Shown in pieces: positions 9,544 through 28,730 of a stretch of 64,000 bases of DNA. Where the stretch lies: the NCBI RefSeq assembly GCF_049554935.1, contig NZ_CP186926.1:320001-384000 (forward strand), given 5' to 3'. Numbering within the stretch: the stretch's first letter is position 1; each line of letters begins with the position of its first letter. The notes beneath the pieces are model-generated. The model saw nothing but the letters and a program-made list of their open reading frames with translations, was not told the DNA's origin and made no database searches. The DNA is from Methanocaldococcus indicus. Lineage in GTDB: Archaea > AGJL01 > Methanococci > Methanococcales > Methanocaldococcaceae. A program made the position numbers and the translations under genes.

Positions 9544-10631
9544 AGTTCTTTAAGCCATATAATATAGTTATTTTTGGGCATTTGGCTATTTTTTTATTGG
9601 CTATCCCTTATTATCATAAATTAGGATTTATTAATATAGTAAAGATGTTAATTATTATCTCTATTTTTATTTTCTTTTTTTATCTACCTCATAAGTATAA
9701 CTTTAAAATAGAAAAAAACAAAATATTTATTTATATAATATCTACAATTTTATTTGTTCTCTCATTTTATGGAGCTTTTTATTCAACAAACTCCTTAATT
9801 TTATCATTTGTATATTCAGTCTTTTTATTTGTTGTTATCTATCTATACAAAAATCTCAAGGATTCTGAGATATTTACAAATTTTATGTTCTTTTTGGGAT
9901 TTACTTCATTTATAATTTTAATTAATAAATATGGAGGAATTCCTCTTTTTGATTATTCTATAAGAATGGCTATAAACACAGAACCTTTAAGATTAATTGC
10001 TATGGGAGGATTAATTTATGGCTCATTAAACAATAAATTTAGAGCTGTTGTTAGCTTTATGTTATTAGTCCTCTTAGGTTATAAAATAGGTGTTTTATTG
10101 TTAGTTTTTTCATATATCTATTACAACTACAAAAACAACCTAAGAGTTATTTTTATCTCATTAATTCTATTATTTATAGTTATGAATATTATGGGATATA
10201 TTATTATAAAAGTTTCTCCTCAGATGTGGAAAATATCTCCAATAGAATTTTTAAGTTATAGAGCATATTTTGACTTATATGTATTTTCTAAAATAATTAA
10301 TTCTAACATTATTACCTTAGGAAAAATTTTATTTACACCTAATGGAGAGAGATTTGTTGGTGAGCTATTATATAACTATAAAGCAAATTTAACTACTACA
10401 ATGTTTGGAACTGTATATTTGGATTTTAATATCTTTGGAGTTGTATTAGCTTTTATTATTGGTTACTTATCAAAGATTTTATACTATGGAGACAAAAAGA
10501 TATATGCAATATATGCCTCTTTATTGTTGGCTTATTGTGACATTGGTATAAATTTTGGTTTTTTAGTAACCTTATTCTTAATGGTTTTAGCATCAACAAT
10601 AGTAAAAGAGGATAAAATATGGAAGGACTAA
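9504..10631 (+). CDS. Second Wzy-like polymerase-family membrane protein
   Basis: Many TMs; GGIPLF, LLGYK, LTTTMFG..YLDF motifs parallel the upstream paralog. Confidence 0.6.
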   Translation: MSICNLKEQIKKIEFFKPYNIVIFGHLAIFLLAIPYYHKLGFINIVKMLIIISIFIFFFYLPHKYNFKIEKNKIFIYIISTILFVLSFYGAFYSTNSLILSFVYSVFLFVVIYLYKNLKDSEIFTNFMFFLGFTSFIILINKYGGIPLFDYSIRMAINTEPLRLIAMGGLIYGSLNNKFRAVVSFMLLVLLGYKIGVLLLVFSYIYYNYKNNLRVIFISLILLFIVMNIMGYIIIKVSPQMWKISPIEFLSYRAYFDLYVFSKIINSNIITLGKILFTPNGERFVGELLYNYKANLTTTMFGTVYLDFNIFGVVLAFIIGYLSKILYYGDKKIYAIYASLLLAYCDIGINFGFLVTLFLMVLASTIVKEDKIWKD

Positions 10632-11539
10632 CTATTGGACTGTTTGGACATTTAGATGGTGTAGGAAGAGAGTTAGGTAAAAAAGGGACAGAATCAGATA
10701 TAGCAATTTATCATTATAAGGTTGGAGATAAGTTGGTGAGTTATGTTGAACCAAAAAGATATCCAGATAAGATAGCTCCTCTAATTTATACAATAAATAT
10801 GATGGACTATGCATTAGTGTTTGTTGATGATGTAAGTAAAGATTTAGGAGAGACTTTCTTAACTTTGGATATGTTCAACATAGATAGAGGGGCTTTTGTA
10901 GTTCATGAGTATGTAGATGTTGATTTTTTAAAAGAGATTATTAAAAACACATCATTAAAAAATTTTGAAATATTAGAGAAAGATTTTATTAAAATTAGAG
11001 AATATATAAAAGATTTAAAGATTGAGAGAGATTTGTCATACAAAAAAATAACAATAGACCACTACTTTACTGTTAAGAGTGTTGGAACTGTTATTTTAGG
11101 GAAGGTAGATAAAGGTATTGTTAATGTTTATGATAAGTTAAATGTTTATCCTATAAAAAAAGAGGCTTTAATAAAAAGTATCCAAATAAATGATGTTAAT
11201 TATAAAGAAGCAAAAGCGGGAGATAGAGTAGGAATAGCCTTAAAAGGGGTTGATACTGAGGAGTTGGATAGAGGTTATATATTATCTGACAAAGAATTAA
11301 AAACATATAGTGAGATAACTGCTAAGTTTGAGCTAAATCCATTCTTAGATAAAAAAATTAAAGAAAATGAAACTTACAATTTAATTGTTGGCTTACAAAA
11401 TGTTGCTTGTAAGGTAGAGAAAGTTAATAACAATGAGATAACTCTAAAACTAAATAATCCAATAGTTTATGATGATGAAAAACTTTGTTTAGTTGATGGT
11501 AGTGCAAAAATTAGAATTGTTGGAGTTGGAAATTTATAA
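10619..11539 (+). CDS. aSelBL / SelB-like EF-Tu-fold protein with degenerate G-domain
   Basis: LGKKGTESDI, IDHYFTVKSVGTVILG, KSIQ, GDRVGIALKG..LDRG domain II motifs; no GKS/T P-loop. Confidence 0.8.
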   Translation: MEGLTIGLFGHLDGVGRELGKKGTESDIAIYHYKVGDKLVSYVEPKRYPDKIAPLIYTINMMDYALVFVDDVSKDLGETFLTLDMFNIDRGAFVVHEYVDVDFLKEIIKNTSLKNFEILEKDFIKIREYIKDLKIERDLSYKKITIDHYFTVKSVGTVILGKVDKGIVNVYDKLNVYPIKKEALIKSIQINDVNYKEAKAGDRVGIALKGVDTEELDRGYILSDKELKTYSEITAKFELNPFLDKKIKENETYNLIVGLQNVACKVEKVNNNEITLKLNNPIVYDDEKLCLVDGSAKIRIVGVGNL

Positions 11540-11563
11540 AAATTTGTAAAAAGGGGAGAGAAT

Positions 11564-12544
11564 TTGCTAAAACCAATAGAATGGGATGATGAAAAAAAAG
11601 AACTTATATTAATTGACCAGAGAAAACTACCTCATAAGTTAGAGTATTTTATATGTAGGAGTTATAAGGATGTTGCCTATGCTATTAAGGAGATGGTTGT
11701 AAGAGGAGCTCCAGCTATTGGAATCTCAGCAGGATATGGTTTAGCTTTGGCAGAGATTTATGGAGATAATATTTATAAAGCTTATGAAACTTTAAAAAAT
11801 ACAAGACCAACAGCAGTTAATCTATTTTGGGCTTTGGATAGATGTTTAAAAGCTTATAAAGAAGGCAAAAATATTTTAGATGAAGCTAAAAAAATACACA
11901 AAGAAGATATAGAAACAAATAAAAAGATTGGAAAAATTGGAGAGAAAATTATTGATGATGGAGATAATATTTTAACTCATTGTAATGCAGGGGCATTGGC
12001 AACATCAATGTATGGAACAGCTTTGAGTGTTATAAGGTTTGCACACTACAATGGAAAAAATATATTTGTTATTGTTGATGAGACAAGACCAAGATTACAA
12101 GGGGCTAAATTAACAGCTTTTGAACTAAAATATGAAAATATTCCTTTTAGAGTTATAACAGATAATACAGCAGGATTTTTAATGAGTTTAGGGAAAGTAG
12201 ATAAGATAGTTGTTGGAACAGATAGAATATTAAAAGATGGAACTGTCTATAATAAGATAGGAACATATTCTTTAGCTATTTTAGCTAAGTATCATAATAT
12301 CCCCTTTTATGTTGCAGCTCCATTATCAACCTTTGACTTAAAAAGTAAAGAAGATGATATAGTTATAGAGGAGAGGGATGAGAAAGAGGTAGCTTATATT
12401 GATGGAGTTAGAATAGTTCCAGAAGGAGTTAGATGCTACAATTATGCTTTTGATAAGACACCACCAAATTTAATAACAGGAATAATAACTGAAAAAGGAA
12501 TTATAAAACCTAATGAGAAGGAAATAATGTCTTTGTTTGATTAA
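11564..12544 (+). CDS. mtnA: Methylthioribose-1-phosphate isomerase
   Basis: DQRKLP, VRGAPAIG, TRPTAVNL, THCNAGALAT, ETRPRLQG, NKIGTY. Confidence 0.93.
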   Translation: MLKPIEWDDEKKELILIDQRKLPHKLEYFICRSYKDVAYAIKEMVVRGAPAIGISAGYGLALAEIYGDNIYKAYETLKNTRPTAVNLFWALDRCLKAYKEGKNILDEAKKIHKEDIETNKKIGKIGEKIIDDGDNILTHCNAGALATSMYGTALSVIRFAHYNGKNIFVIVDETRPRLQGAKLTAFELKYENIPFRVITDNTAGFLMSLGKVDKIVVGTDRILKDGTVYNKIGTYSLAILAKYHNIPFYVAAPLSTFDLKSKEDDIVIEERDEKEVAYIDGVRIVPEGVRCYNYAFDKTPPNLITGIITEKGIIKPNEKEIMSLFD

Positions 12545-12546
12545 GT

Positions 12547-13323
12547 ATGTTGGCTGTAAAAGTTGAAAATCTAACAAAGTATTTTGGAGATAAAAAGGTT
12601 TTAGATAATTTATCTTTTGAAGTTTATAGGGGAGAAATATTTGCACTTATTGGACATAATGGAGCTGGAAAAACAACAACATTAAGAATATTATCAGGAA
12701 TAATAAAGGATTTTGAAGGGAGAGTTATAAAAAATGGAACCTCTGGGTATCTTCCAGAGGAAAGAGGATTATATAAAAATGAAACTGTCTATTCATTGTT
12801 AAAATTTTTTGGTGAATTGGCAGAAGTATCTAATTTAGATAAAAAAATAGATTATTGGTTAAATAGATTTAACATATCCAAATATAAAAATTATAAGATA
12901 AAAGAGTTATCAAAAGGAAATCAGCAGAAAGTTCAGTTAATTATCTCTTTAATACATAATCCAGATATTTTAATTTTAGATGAACCATTTTCAGGTTTAG
13001 ATGTAGTTAATGTTAAGTTGTTTATTGATGTATTAACTGAGCTAAAAAAGGATAATAAAGCTATAATAATCTCTTCACATAGGTTGGAATATTTGGATAA
13101 AATATGTGATAGAGCTCTTATCCTAAAAAATGGTAAAGCAATATATTATGGTGCTCTTAAATTTAGAGATAAGGTATATATTGAGATATTAGAAAATAAT
13201 AAAATAGTTAAAAAGGAGATGCCAATTGAAGAGGCAATAAATATATTAAAAAATTATCCTGAAAAGGTTATTAAATATGAAATAAAAAAATCATTAGAGG
13301 ATATTTTTTTAGAAACTTATTAA
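12547..13323 (+). CDS. ABC transporter ATP-binding subunit (NatA-like)
   Basis: GHNGAGKTT Walker A, GYLPEERGLY, LSKGNQQK, ILDEPFSGLD. Confidence 0.92.
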   Translation: MLAVKVENLTKYFGDKKVLDNLSFEVYRGEIFALIGHNGAGKTTTLRILSGIIKDFEGRVIKNGTSGYLPEERGLYKNETVYSLLKFFGELAEVSNLDKKIDYWLNRFNISKYKNYKIKELSKGNQQKVQLIISLIHNPDILILDEPFSGLDVVNVKLFIDVLTELKKDNKAIIISSHRLEYLDKICDRALILKNGKAIYYGALKFRDKVYIEILENNKIVKKEMPIEEAINILKNYPEKVIKYEIKKSLEDIFLETY

Positions 13324-13333
13324 AAGTGGGCTT

Positions 13334-14493
13334 ATGAAAGCTATAAAGATAGCTAAAAGAGAAATTTTGAGTAATTTAAAGAGAAAGCAGTTTTTAATAT
13401 CTATATTTTTAGTCCCTTTGTTTATTATAGGTATGAGTATATTTGCAAGTTATTTAGCTATTCCTAAAGAGATAAAAATTGGCTATTATTCAAACTTAGA
13501 ATTTCCTAATACATATAAATATGGGAATACAACAGTAATAAAATTTATAAAAGTTGATAATTTAGAAGAGGGCAAAAAACTATTGTTAGAAAATAAAATA
13601 AATTACTTAGTTTATATTCCTAATAATTTGTTAGATAGCTATAAAATTTATATATATTCTACATCAAAAACAATCTCTCCAATAGTTTCAGATACAGTTA
13701 AAAACATAGTTTTAAAGGATATTTTATCCAACAAAATAGATGAGAAGTATTTTAAGTTAATAACAGATTTAGAATTTGAGTTATATACTGTTTCAAAACA
13801 AAAAACTATTAAAGAGAGTTTTTTATCATTTCTTTTACCAATGGGATTTATGTTTTTAATGTACTTCTCTTTAATAACTATCTCAGGATTAATAATTTCA
13901 ACCATTATAGATGATAAAAGAGAAAGAGTTTTAGAGTTGTTGTTATCTTTTGTCTCTTCAAGAGATATTATGATTGGAAAAATTTTAGGAGTAGCTGGAT
14001 TAGGATTTATACAAATTCTTATATGGGGATTATTTGGAGCAATATTTATAATTCCTATGTTAAGCTTAGTAAAAATTTCTGTATATTATTTAATTATATT
14101 CCTTATCTACTTCTTTTTAGGCTATCTGTTCTATACATCATTCTTATCTGGATTAGCTTCTTTATTCTCAAATCCAAAAGATGCAAATCAAATAATATCC
14201 CCAATAATATTTATTCAAGTTATTCCAATTATATTTATGCAATATATAATACTAAATCCAAATAGCTTAATAACTAAAATTTTGTCATATATTCCTTTTA
14301 CAGCTCCACAAGTAATGGTGTGTAGAGTAGGATTAACTAATGTATCTTATTTTGAGATAATTTTATCAATTGTTGTTATGATAATCTCAATAATATTATC
14401 TTTCAAATTATCAATAAAACTCTTTGATATAGGAATTTTACTTTATGAGGAAAATCTGTCTATCAAAAAAATTATTAAAATTATTGTGAAAAG

Positions 14494-14497
<4 letters not shown>
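13334..14497 (+). CDS. ABC-2 type permease (NatB-like)
   Basis: TM + extracellular loop + multiple TMs; DKRERVLELLLS, GKILG; follows the ATPase gene. Confidence 0.85.
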
Positions 14498-20305
<5,808 letters not shown>

Positions 20306-20320
20306 AAATTTCACCCATTA

Positions 20321-21433
20321 CTAAATATTATACAAATCCTTTATTTTATCATAAGCTCTCTTAGATAATCTGTCTTTATCAACAGAATAAATTTCCATCT
20401 TTGGAATAATTACTCTAACAGCAGGAACTCCAAATTTTGTAAGATTTGCATAGATAATTTTATCAAATCCTTTACTATAAAGATGTTCTTTTATAAATTC
20501 TAAATCTTTTTTTATATTTTTAGAGGAATAATCTGGAATATCATCTAAATCAACAATTTTCTCAGATTCAAACCATTTTCTGTAAATTTTTTTAGCTCTT
20601 TCATAAGAAACATTTTTAAAAAATTTATATCTAAATTTAGCATCATTTCTTAAATTTTGTATTTGAGAAGCCCTACTTTGGGCTAATTCAGATAAAGCTC
20701 TTATTATTGCTATTTCTTTATTTAAGTGACATCCTGCTCCCATACACATTAATAAAGGATTTTTATCATCAGATATTGCTATAAATGTAGGAATGTCTAA
20801 TGTTGCTATATATTTTATAGTTATTTTTACATTTGCTTTTTTAAATCTTTCTAATAAATCTAAAATTATCTCATTTTCAATTGAATCTAAATTTATCTCA
20901 ATTGGAACTTTTTTAGATAAATCTGCTATGCTCCATGAATCTCTTTCAACAACTTCTAAGATTCCATGTAGTAAAGCTTCTTCCAATGAATTCCCTGCTG
21001 CTAATCCATTTGTATTTCCTCTAAAAAGCTTTTTGGAATTTGGATGAAAAACAGCATCTGCTGGAACATCAACATACTCATTATTTATAATATCATAAGT
21101 CCTAACCCACTCTTTGACATTTTTATCAGCATAAGGAGGAAGAATCAAATCATCCAAATTAATTGGATTATCAACATCCTTAACAACTAATTTTTTATCA
21201 TACTCTGCAGATGCTCTTTCAATAGCTTCCATACAAGCAGAAACTTTAGCATCTATATCTCTATATCCCTTACCATAACTTAATAAAATTTCATTACCTT
21301 TTTTTCTTTTTGTGAAATATACAGGAATATTTACCTTATCTAAATCTACTTTTTCAATACTTATTAGATTAATCTTTTTTAAAGCTTCTTGAATGTCTCT
21401 AAAAGTTTCTTCTGATGATTTTTCTCTATACAT
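20321..21433 (-). CDS. ycaO: YcaO-family enzyme (likely McrA thioglycine-forming)
   Basis: [42 protein letters not shown]. Confidence 0.88.
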   Translation of the reverse strand: MYREKSSEETFRDIQEALKKINLISIEKVDLDKVNIPVYFTKRKKGNEILLSYGKGYRDIDAKVSACMEAIERASAEYDKKLVVKDVDNPINLDDLILPPYADKNVKEWVRTYDIINNEYVDVPADAVFHPNSKKLFRGNTNGLAAGNSLEEALLHGILEVVERDSWSIADLSKKVPIEINLDSIENEIILDLLERFKKANVKITIKYIATLDIPTFIAISDDKNPLLMCMGAGCHLNKEIAIIRALSELAQSRASQIQNLRNDAKFRYKFFKNVSYERAKKIYRKWFESEKIVDLDDIPDYSSKNIKKDLEFIKEHLYSKGFDKIIYANLTKFGVPAVRVIIPKMEIYSVDKDRLSKRAYDKIKDLYNI

Positions 21434-21448
21434 AATAAATTCCTTATT

Positions 21449-22006
21449 TTATTTATTTAAAACAACTACTTTACCATCAACTACATCTATCTTAACTAAT
21501 GTTTTTATTTTATAACCTGTTCTTTTCTCTACTATCACTTTACCATTCCCTCTTTCTATAACAACAACTATATCAACTATTTCAGCTCCAGCTCTCTCTA
21601 ATGCTTGAATTAAAGCTATTAATGTTCCTCCTGTTGAGATTACATCATCAACAATAAAAACCTTATCTCCTTTATTTATCCCATTTAAATAGAGCTGTCC
21701 CTTACTATATCCTGTTTTTTGATAAACTGGAATTTCTCCAGGGAGTTTATACTCTCTTTTTCTAACAATAACATAAGGTTTATCAGTATAGAGAGATAGA
21801 GAAGTAGCTAATGGAATACCCATAGCCTCTGCTGTAACTATCTTATCTGCCTCTAAAATTTTACCTATTTTTATTATTCTTGTTGTTATTTCTCTCAATA
21901 AATCAGGCTCTACTATAGGAACTCCATCACTTATTGGATGTATGAAATAGTGATATTCCCCTCTTTTAACAATTGGACAGTTTTTTAAACTTTCTTCTAA
22001 CTTCAT
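21449..22006 (-). CDS. hpt: Hypoxanthine/guanine phosphoribosyltransferase
   Basis: [31 protein letters not shown] motif. Confidence 0.9.
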   Translation of the reverse strand: MKLEESLKNCPIVKRGEYHYFIHPISDGVPIVEPDLLREITTRIIKIGKILEADKIVTAEAMGIPLATSLSLYTDKPYVIVRKREYKLPGEIPVYQKTGYSKGQLYLNGINKGDKVFIVDDVISTGGTLIALIQALERAGAEIVDIVVVIERGNGKVIVEKRTGYKIKTLVKIDVVDGKVVVLNK

Positions 22007-22011
22007 TACTA

Positions 22012-24414
<2,403 letters not shown>

Positions 24415-24418
<4 letters not shown>

Positions 24419-24882
24419 ATCTCAACACCCACTCTTCTTAAAGCATCTAAAATCTCATCTTTTATTTTCTCTTCAATTGGTTTTTTATGGATATGTGAAG
24501 GAGGTGAAATACTTGCAGTTAATATCCTTCCTTTACTATCTGCTATTATAAACAAAGCTCCTGAGCCAGGAGCTCCTAACCTTCCTCTTCCAATAAAAAT
24601 ATCTCCATCCTCAGTATCAATAGCTAAATAAATTTTTGTGAGAGCTGGAATCCTTGTTAAATCAGCTACATCAGTGGGAATATCTATCATTTTTATTTCA
24701 GCATTACAAACCTTCTCTAATATACTTTTTATTATATTAAATTTTTTTGTGTTGTTGGTTGCAACAACAATTTTTTTAGCTGACAATATTTTATTTTTTA
24801 TATATTCTGTCTCTTCAATTTTATCTCCTTTTCTCTCCTTATTTATAGATTCTAAATAAGCTTTTTTTACTATCTCTTCCAT
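24415..24882 (-). CDS. hcgB: FeGP cofactor guanylyltransferase HcgB
   Basis: RKGDKIEE, ADLTRIPALTK, RGRLGAPGSG, SPPSHIH. Confidence 0.88.
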
Positions 24883-24891
24883 AAATAACCC

Positions 24892-26466
24892 TTAATTATT
24901 TTCAATTATTGGCTTGAAACCAACATCTCCCCAACTATCTGATTTGTTAGTGTATAAACCAATTATTGAATAAGAGCCATTATTTACTTCAACATATAAG
25001 TTAGGGTCTCCATAATATATAGTTCCATTAAATGTTTTTGGTTTTAATTCTTTATAAGTTGGATTTGTATATTCATTTTCAACTTCTGTAGTAATGTTAT
25101 TTACATCTTTTACAAATATCCAGTCAATTGATACTTTTGCCGTATAATTTGATAGAGTATTAATTGATATTGGATAACTGTCTGTTACATTAGTAGTTGT
25201 TCTAAATTCATGTAGGATATTATTGTCATTATTTTTAATTAGAAATTGAATTATATTATTATATCTTACAACATCATAAATATAAAATTCATTTAAATAT
25301 AAATATCCATTATTTACCCAATTATCTCCCCAATAAGAAGTATCATTTCTCATATATAGCCATCTATTACTAGCATCCCATTTATAGCAATCCCACCCTA
25401 CTCCTATATAATCACTAAGAGGTTTAAAAAATCCAACAGATTGAGCATGAATTGGGGTAAAATTCCCCCTAAATACTAATTCATATCCAGTAGAAAAATT
25501 ATTTTTTGAATATACACTTGAACCAAGACCTTCGACAGTTAATATAGAATTGTTTATTTTATAATTACCGACAACATACCATTTGTTTAAATCTAAATCA
25601 TTAAAATCATCAAATAAAATAAATGTTTCATAAGGATTTTGTTTATCTATAGTAGTTGTTGAATTATATAAAAGATATATCTCATTTCCATTGAACAATT
25701 GGTTTTTATTTGCCTTTACCCATATTAGTGAGACTTCATTATTTCCATATCTCCAAACTTGGACCCAGTAAGGTAGTAGGACATTATTAGCCCCTATAAT
25801 CCTTATCTCTCTTGGAGATGAAGAGTTATACATATGGCTATAATTGAAATTTGAACTATTAAGAATTATACAAAAAGTATGATTTTTATTGTTATTTGGG
25901 AAGTTGTTAATGGTTATTACTCTATAATATTCCCAAGTATAGTAGAAGTTATTTAAGTATAAGTATGGGTCTGGAACTCTTGATAATTTTATATTTTTAT
26001 TAATACTTACAGTAAAATCTTTGGAGATTATAACATTATTGAGGTTTTCTATAGGATACTCAAAGTTAGCTGTTAGTTTAACATTAACATATAAAGGATT
26101 ATCAGTAGGTAAAATAGTGACATTTATATAATTAATTTTTATATTGTAATCTTTTGATAACTGGGTTAAAGATTTGTTTGTTTCATTTTTTATTAAACTT
26201 TCAATATAATTAACAGCTTCATCAGAATTATTAAAAAATTTTCTTTCATCCATTATCTTATAACTTGTATTGATAAATGCATCTAAAACTATCTTATCTA
26301 TATCTCTCTTTAAGCTACTCTCTATATTGTCCATAACTAAAAAGTATTTTTTTAGCTTAATTTCATCTTGAACATTTTCAGTTTTATACTCTATCCCTTT
26401 AAAAAGAATAATGGTCGTTACAAATAATAGAAGGATTAGAATAACTGCATTCTGAGAGAAGTACAT
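24892..26466 (-). CDS. Surface/secreted DUF2341-domain protein (pilus/adhesin-associated type)
   Basis: N-terminal hydrophobic helix, LPYWVQ..IWVK..YLLYN..FILFDDF DUF2341 pattern, many N-x-S/T sequons. Confidence 0.7.
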   Translation of the reverse strand: MYFSQNAVILILLLFVTTIILFKGIEYKTENVQDEIKLKKYFLVMDNIESSLKRDIDKIVLDAFINTSYKIMDERKFFNNSDEAVNYIESLIKNETNKSLTQLSKDYNIKINYINVTILPTDNPLYVNVKLTANFEYPIENLNNVIISKDFTVSINKNIKLSRVPDPYLYLNNFYYTWEYYRVITINNFPNNNKNHTFCIILNSSNFNYSHMYNSSSPREIRIIGANNVLLPYWVQVWRYGNNEVSLIWVKANKNQLFNGNEIYLLYNSTTTIDKQNPYETFILFDDFNDLDLNKWYVVGNYKINNSILTVEGLGSSVYSKNNFSTGYELVFRGNFTPIHAQSVGFFKPLSDYIGVGWDCYKWDASNRWLYMRNDTSYWGDNWVNNGYLYLNEFYIYDVVRYNNIIQFLIKNNDNNILHEFRTTTNVTDSYPISINTLSNYTAKVSIDWIFVKDVNNITTEVENEYTNPTYKELKPKTFNGTIYYGDPNLYVEVNNGSYSIIGLYTNKSDSWGDVGFKPIIENN

Positions 26467-26475
26467 AAAACAATA

Positions 26476-27819
26476 TCACCTATTCTTTATATATTTAACA
26501 ATATAATCCTTCTTTTTTATAGCTTCATCTGCTGCTTTTTTTACCTTTTCTTTCATTTCTTCAAAATTGTCTGGTTTATTTTCTCCAACAACTTTTTTAA
26601 CAGGTGTATATGCAGATTCTCTAAATTTAGGTGTTAAAGGAATTTTTTTATTTCCATCTATTAGATAACTCTTATCTCCTTTCTCAACATATCCTACTTC
26701 CTCAACCTTTATAACCTTTTTTATCTCATCTGCTGTCTTTTCATCACATATAATCATTAATGAACCTGTTGAAATACCAAGGGGGTCGATATTAAGCTCT
26801 TCCAACATTTTAAGAACTTTTTTGTTAATAGTATTATATACTTTCTCTTTATCAAAAACTAATGAGACCTTAGCAGTTTTAGAAATCTCAAAGGCATCTC
26901 CTCTTAATCCTCCATTAGTTATATCTGTTAATGTATTAATTTTATTTATTAGATTATTTTCTATTAACCTTTGGCAATCTAAAATAAAATCAACATTTAA
27001 TGTTTCTTTTATAACATCAAAATAGCCATAATATATAGCTGTTGTTGTTATTGTTCCTCCTCCACTCCCTTCTGTCATTAAAATTATATCTCCTTCTTTT
27101 GCATTTCTTCTTGCTGTTGGTTTTCCTTCTTTTATTATACCTATTGCTCCAACAGCTGAAACCATTCTATCTCCAATAACCATATCTCCTCCAATCCTTA
27201 AAGTGCTTCCCCCTATTAGTGGAATTTTAGTTAATTCTGAAACAGCACAAATTCCAGCAGTAAAGTCAAATATTTTACCAACATCTCCATCATCAGCTAA
27301 ATGTATATCACTTATTAAAGCTACTCCCTCAGCTCCCATGACATAAATATCTCTTAGAGCTGCTTTACTAACATGAAAACCTGCTAAAAAAGGAAAATCA
27401 CTTAACCTTGAATGTGTTCCATCTATTGCAGAAACTATATATTTAGGATTATCTACTTTAACCACTCCTGCATCATCCTGCTCATCAGCTGAAACCTCAG
27501 CTTTCAACTTTGTACTTTTAATTATTCTTGCGATTTCCTTATGGACAAAAAAATCTCCTTCTCCTCTACTTCCAACTCCAAACATTCCCATTGTCACTCC
27601 AGAAGATGGATACTCCAAAAGATATTTTATTTCTTTATCATCTATCTCTCTAAATTTTTCAGAAATCTTAACCTCCTCTAAAATAGCTTTTATAAACTTT
27701 TTAGCAAATTCTTCATCAACTTCTTTGAACTCTAAGACTCTTTTAAAACCATCTTCTATAATCTTACTCTCTGGAATATTTTTTCTTAAGCATCTCCTAA
27801 CATAGCCCTCTAAATCCAT
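26476..27819 (-). CDS. AIR synthase-related (PurM/HypE/SelD fold) protein
   Basis: GVGSRGEGDF, DDAG, DGTHSRLS, LRDIYVMGA, TDITNGGLRGD. Confidence 0.85.
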   Translation of the reverse strand: MDLEGYVRRCLRKNIPESKIIEDGFKRVLEFKEVDEEFAKKFIKAILEEVKISEKFREIDDKEIKYLLEYPSSGVTMGMFGVGSRGEGDFFVHKEIARIIKSTKLKAEVSADEQDDAGVVKVDNPKYIVSAIDGTHSRLSDFPFLAGFHVSKAALRDIYVMGAEGVALISDIHLADDGDVGKIFDFTAGICAVSELTKIPLIGGSTLRIGGDMVIGDRMVSAVGAIGIIKEGKPTARRNAKEGDIILMTEGSGGGTITTTAIYYGYFDVIKETLNVDFILDCQRLIENNLINKINTLTDITNGGLRGDAFEISKTAKVSLVFDKEKVYNTINKKVLKMLEELNIDPLGISTGSLMIICDEKTADEIKKVIKVEEVGYVEKGDKSYLIDGNKKIPLTPKFRESAYTPVKKVVGENKPDNFEEMKEKVKKAADEAIKKKDYIVKYIKNR

Positions 27820-27831
27820 AAAAATCAACCT

Positions 27832-28491
27832 TTAAATATGTTTATACATTCTAATCCATTCTTTAATTTTTATATCTTTCTTAAATCCTAATGATTCATA
27901 AAATTTTATAGCATTAAAGTTTTCTTCACCAACCCATAACTCAACTATATCCCTTCCTCTCTTTTTAGCATATTCAATAGCTTTATCTATTAAAATTTTA
28001 CCAAAACCTTTTTTTCTAAAATCTGGATGAATAAATATCTCATGAATTTCTGCTACTTTTTTATTCTCTACCTTGCTAACCCAATTACAATCAACAGCTA
28101 AAAAACCCACAATTCTATTTTTATATTCTAAAACAAAAAATCCTTCTTTATCTCTCTTTAATAACCAATTAAAGTACCACTTTGCCCACTTTTTAGTTTT
28201 ATAGTAGTATTTGTCAAAACCTTCATAAGCTTTAAAGTATAACTCTAAAAAATATTTTAAATCATTCTCATCAACATTTCTAATTTTAATATCCTTTGTT
28301 ATTTCAAAAATTTTTTTAGCTACTTCATAACATCTAAAAAAGTCATCTAATGTATTTTTTAATGAAGAAAGTTTTTTAACTTTAACATAAAAAGAACTAT
28401 CTTTAATATATGCAAAATCAGTATTATCTACTTCTAAACATTTTAAAATTTTTTTATCTTCTTTTAAATTTAAAATAAATTCAATATTCAT
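27832..28491 (-). CDS. GNAT acetyltransferase with N-terminal Pcc1/Pcc2-like domain
   Basis: C-terminal EIHEIFIHPDFRKKGFG, NFNAIKFYESLGF; N-terminal ~65 aa with LEVDN...SLKNTLDDFFR. Confidence 0.85.
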   Translation of the reverse strand: MNIEFILNLKEDKKILKCLEVDNTDFAYIKDSSFYVKVKKLSSLKNTLDDFFRCYEVAKKIFEITKDIKIRNVDENDLKYFLELYFKAYEGFDKYYYKTKKWAKWYFNWLLKRDKEGFFVLEYKNRIVGFLAVDCNWVSKVENKKVAEIHEIFIHPDFRKKGFGKILIDKAIEYAKKRGRDIVELWVGEENFNAIKFYESLGFKKDIKIKEWIRMYKHI

Positions 28492-28543
28492 AAAAATCAA
28501 TTTATCTAATTTTATAAATATAATCTTCTAAAATAAAAAATGA

Positions 28544-28616
28544 TGCGCCGGCCGGGATTTGAACCCGGGTCGCTGGCTTGGAAGGCCAGAGTGATACCAG
28601 GCTACACCACCGGCGC
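28544..28616 (-). tRNA. tRNA-Gly(UCC)
   Basis: GCGCCGG acceptor stem, CTGGC-CT-TCC-AA-GCCAG anticodon arm, GTTCAAATC T loop; followed by TCA rather than CCA. Confidence 0.97.
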
Positions 28617-28626
28617 TCTTTCAAAA

Positions 28627-28702
28627 TGGTGCGGCCTCCGGGATTTGAACCCGGGGTCCGGGCGTGGCAGGCCCGTGTGTTACCAGGCTACACCAAGGCC
28701 GC
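28627..28702 (-). tRNA. tRNA-Gly(GCC)
   Basis: GCGGCCT acceptor stem, CGGGC-CT-GCC-AC-GCCCG anticodon arm, GTTCAAATC, encoded CCA; 10-nt spacer to the next tRNA. Confidence 0.97.
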
Positions 28703-28730
28703 ACCGAACACTCAATATAATTAGAGAAAG

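Noticed and set aside
10619-11539. True selenocysteine elongation factor SelB
   Set aside because: Too short, and lacks the P-loop GKT and C-terminal extension; fits aSelBL.
28541-28543. TCA instead of CCA as a sign of a tRNA pseudogene
   Set aside because: The cloverleaf is intact and archaea add CCA enzymatically.
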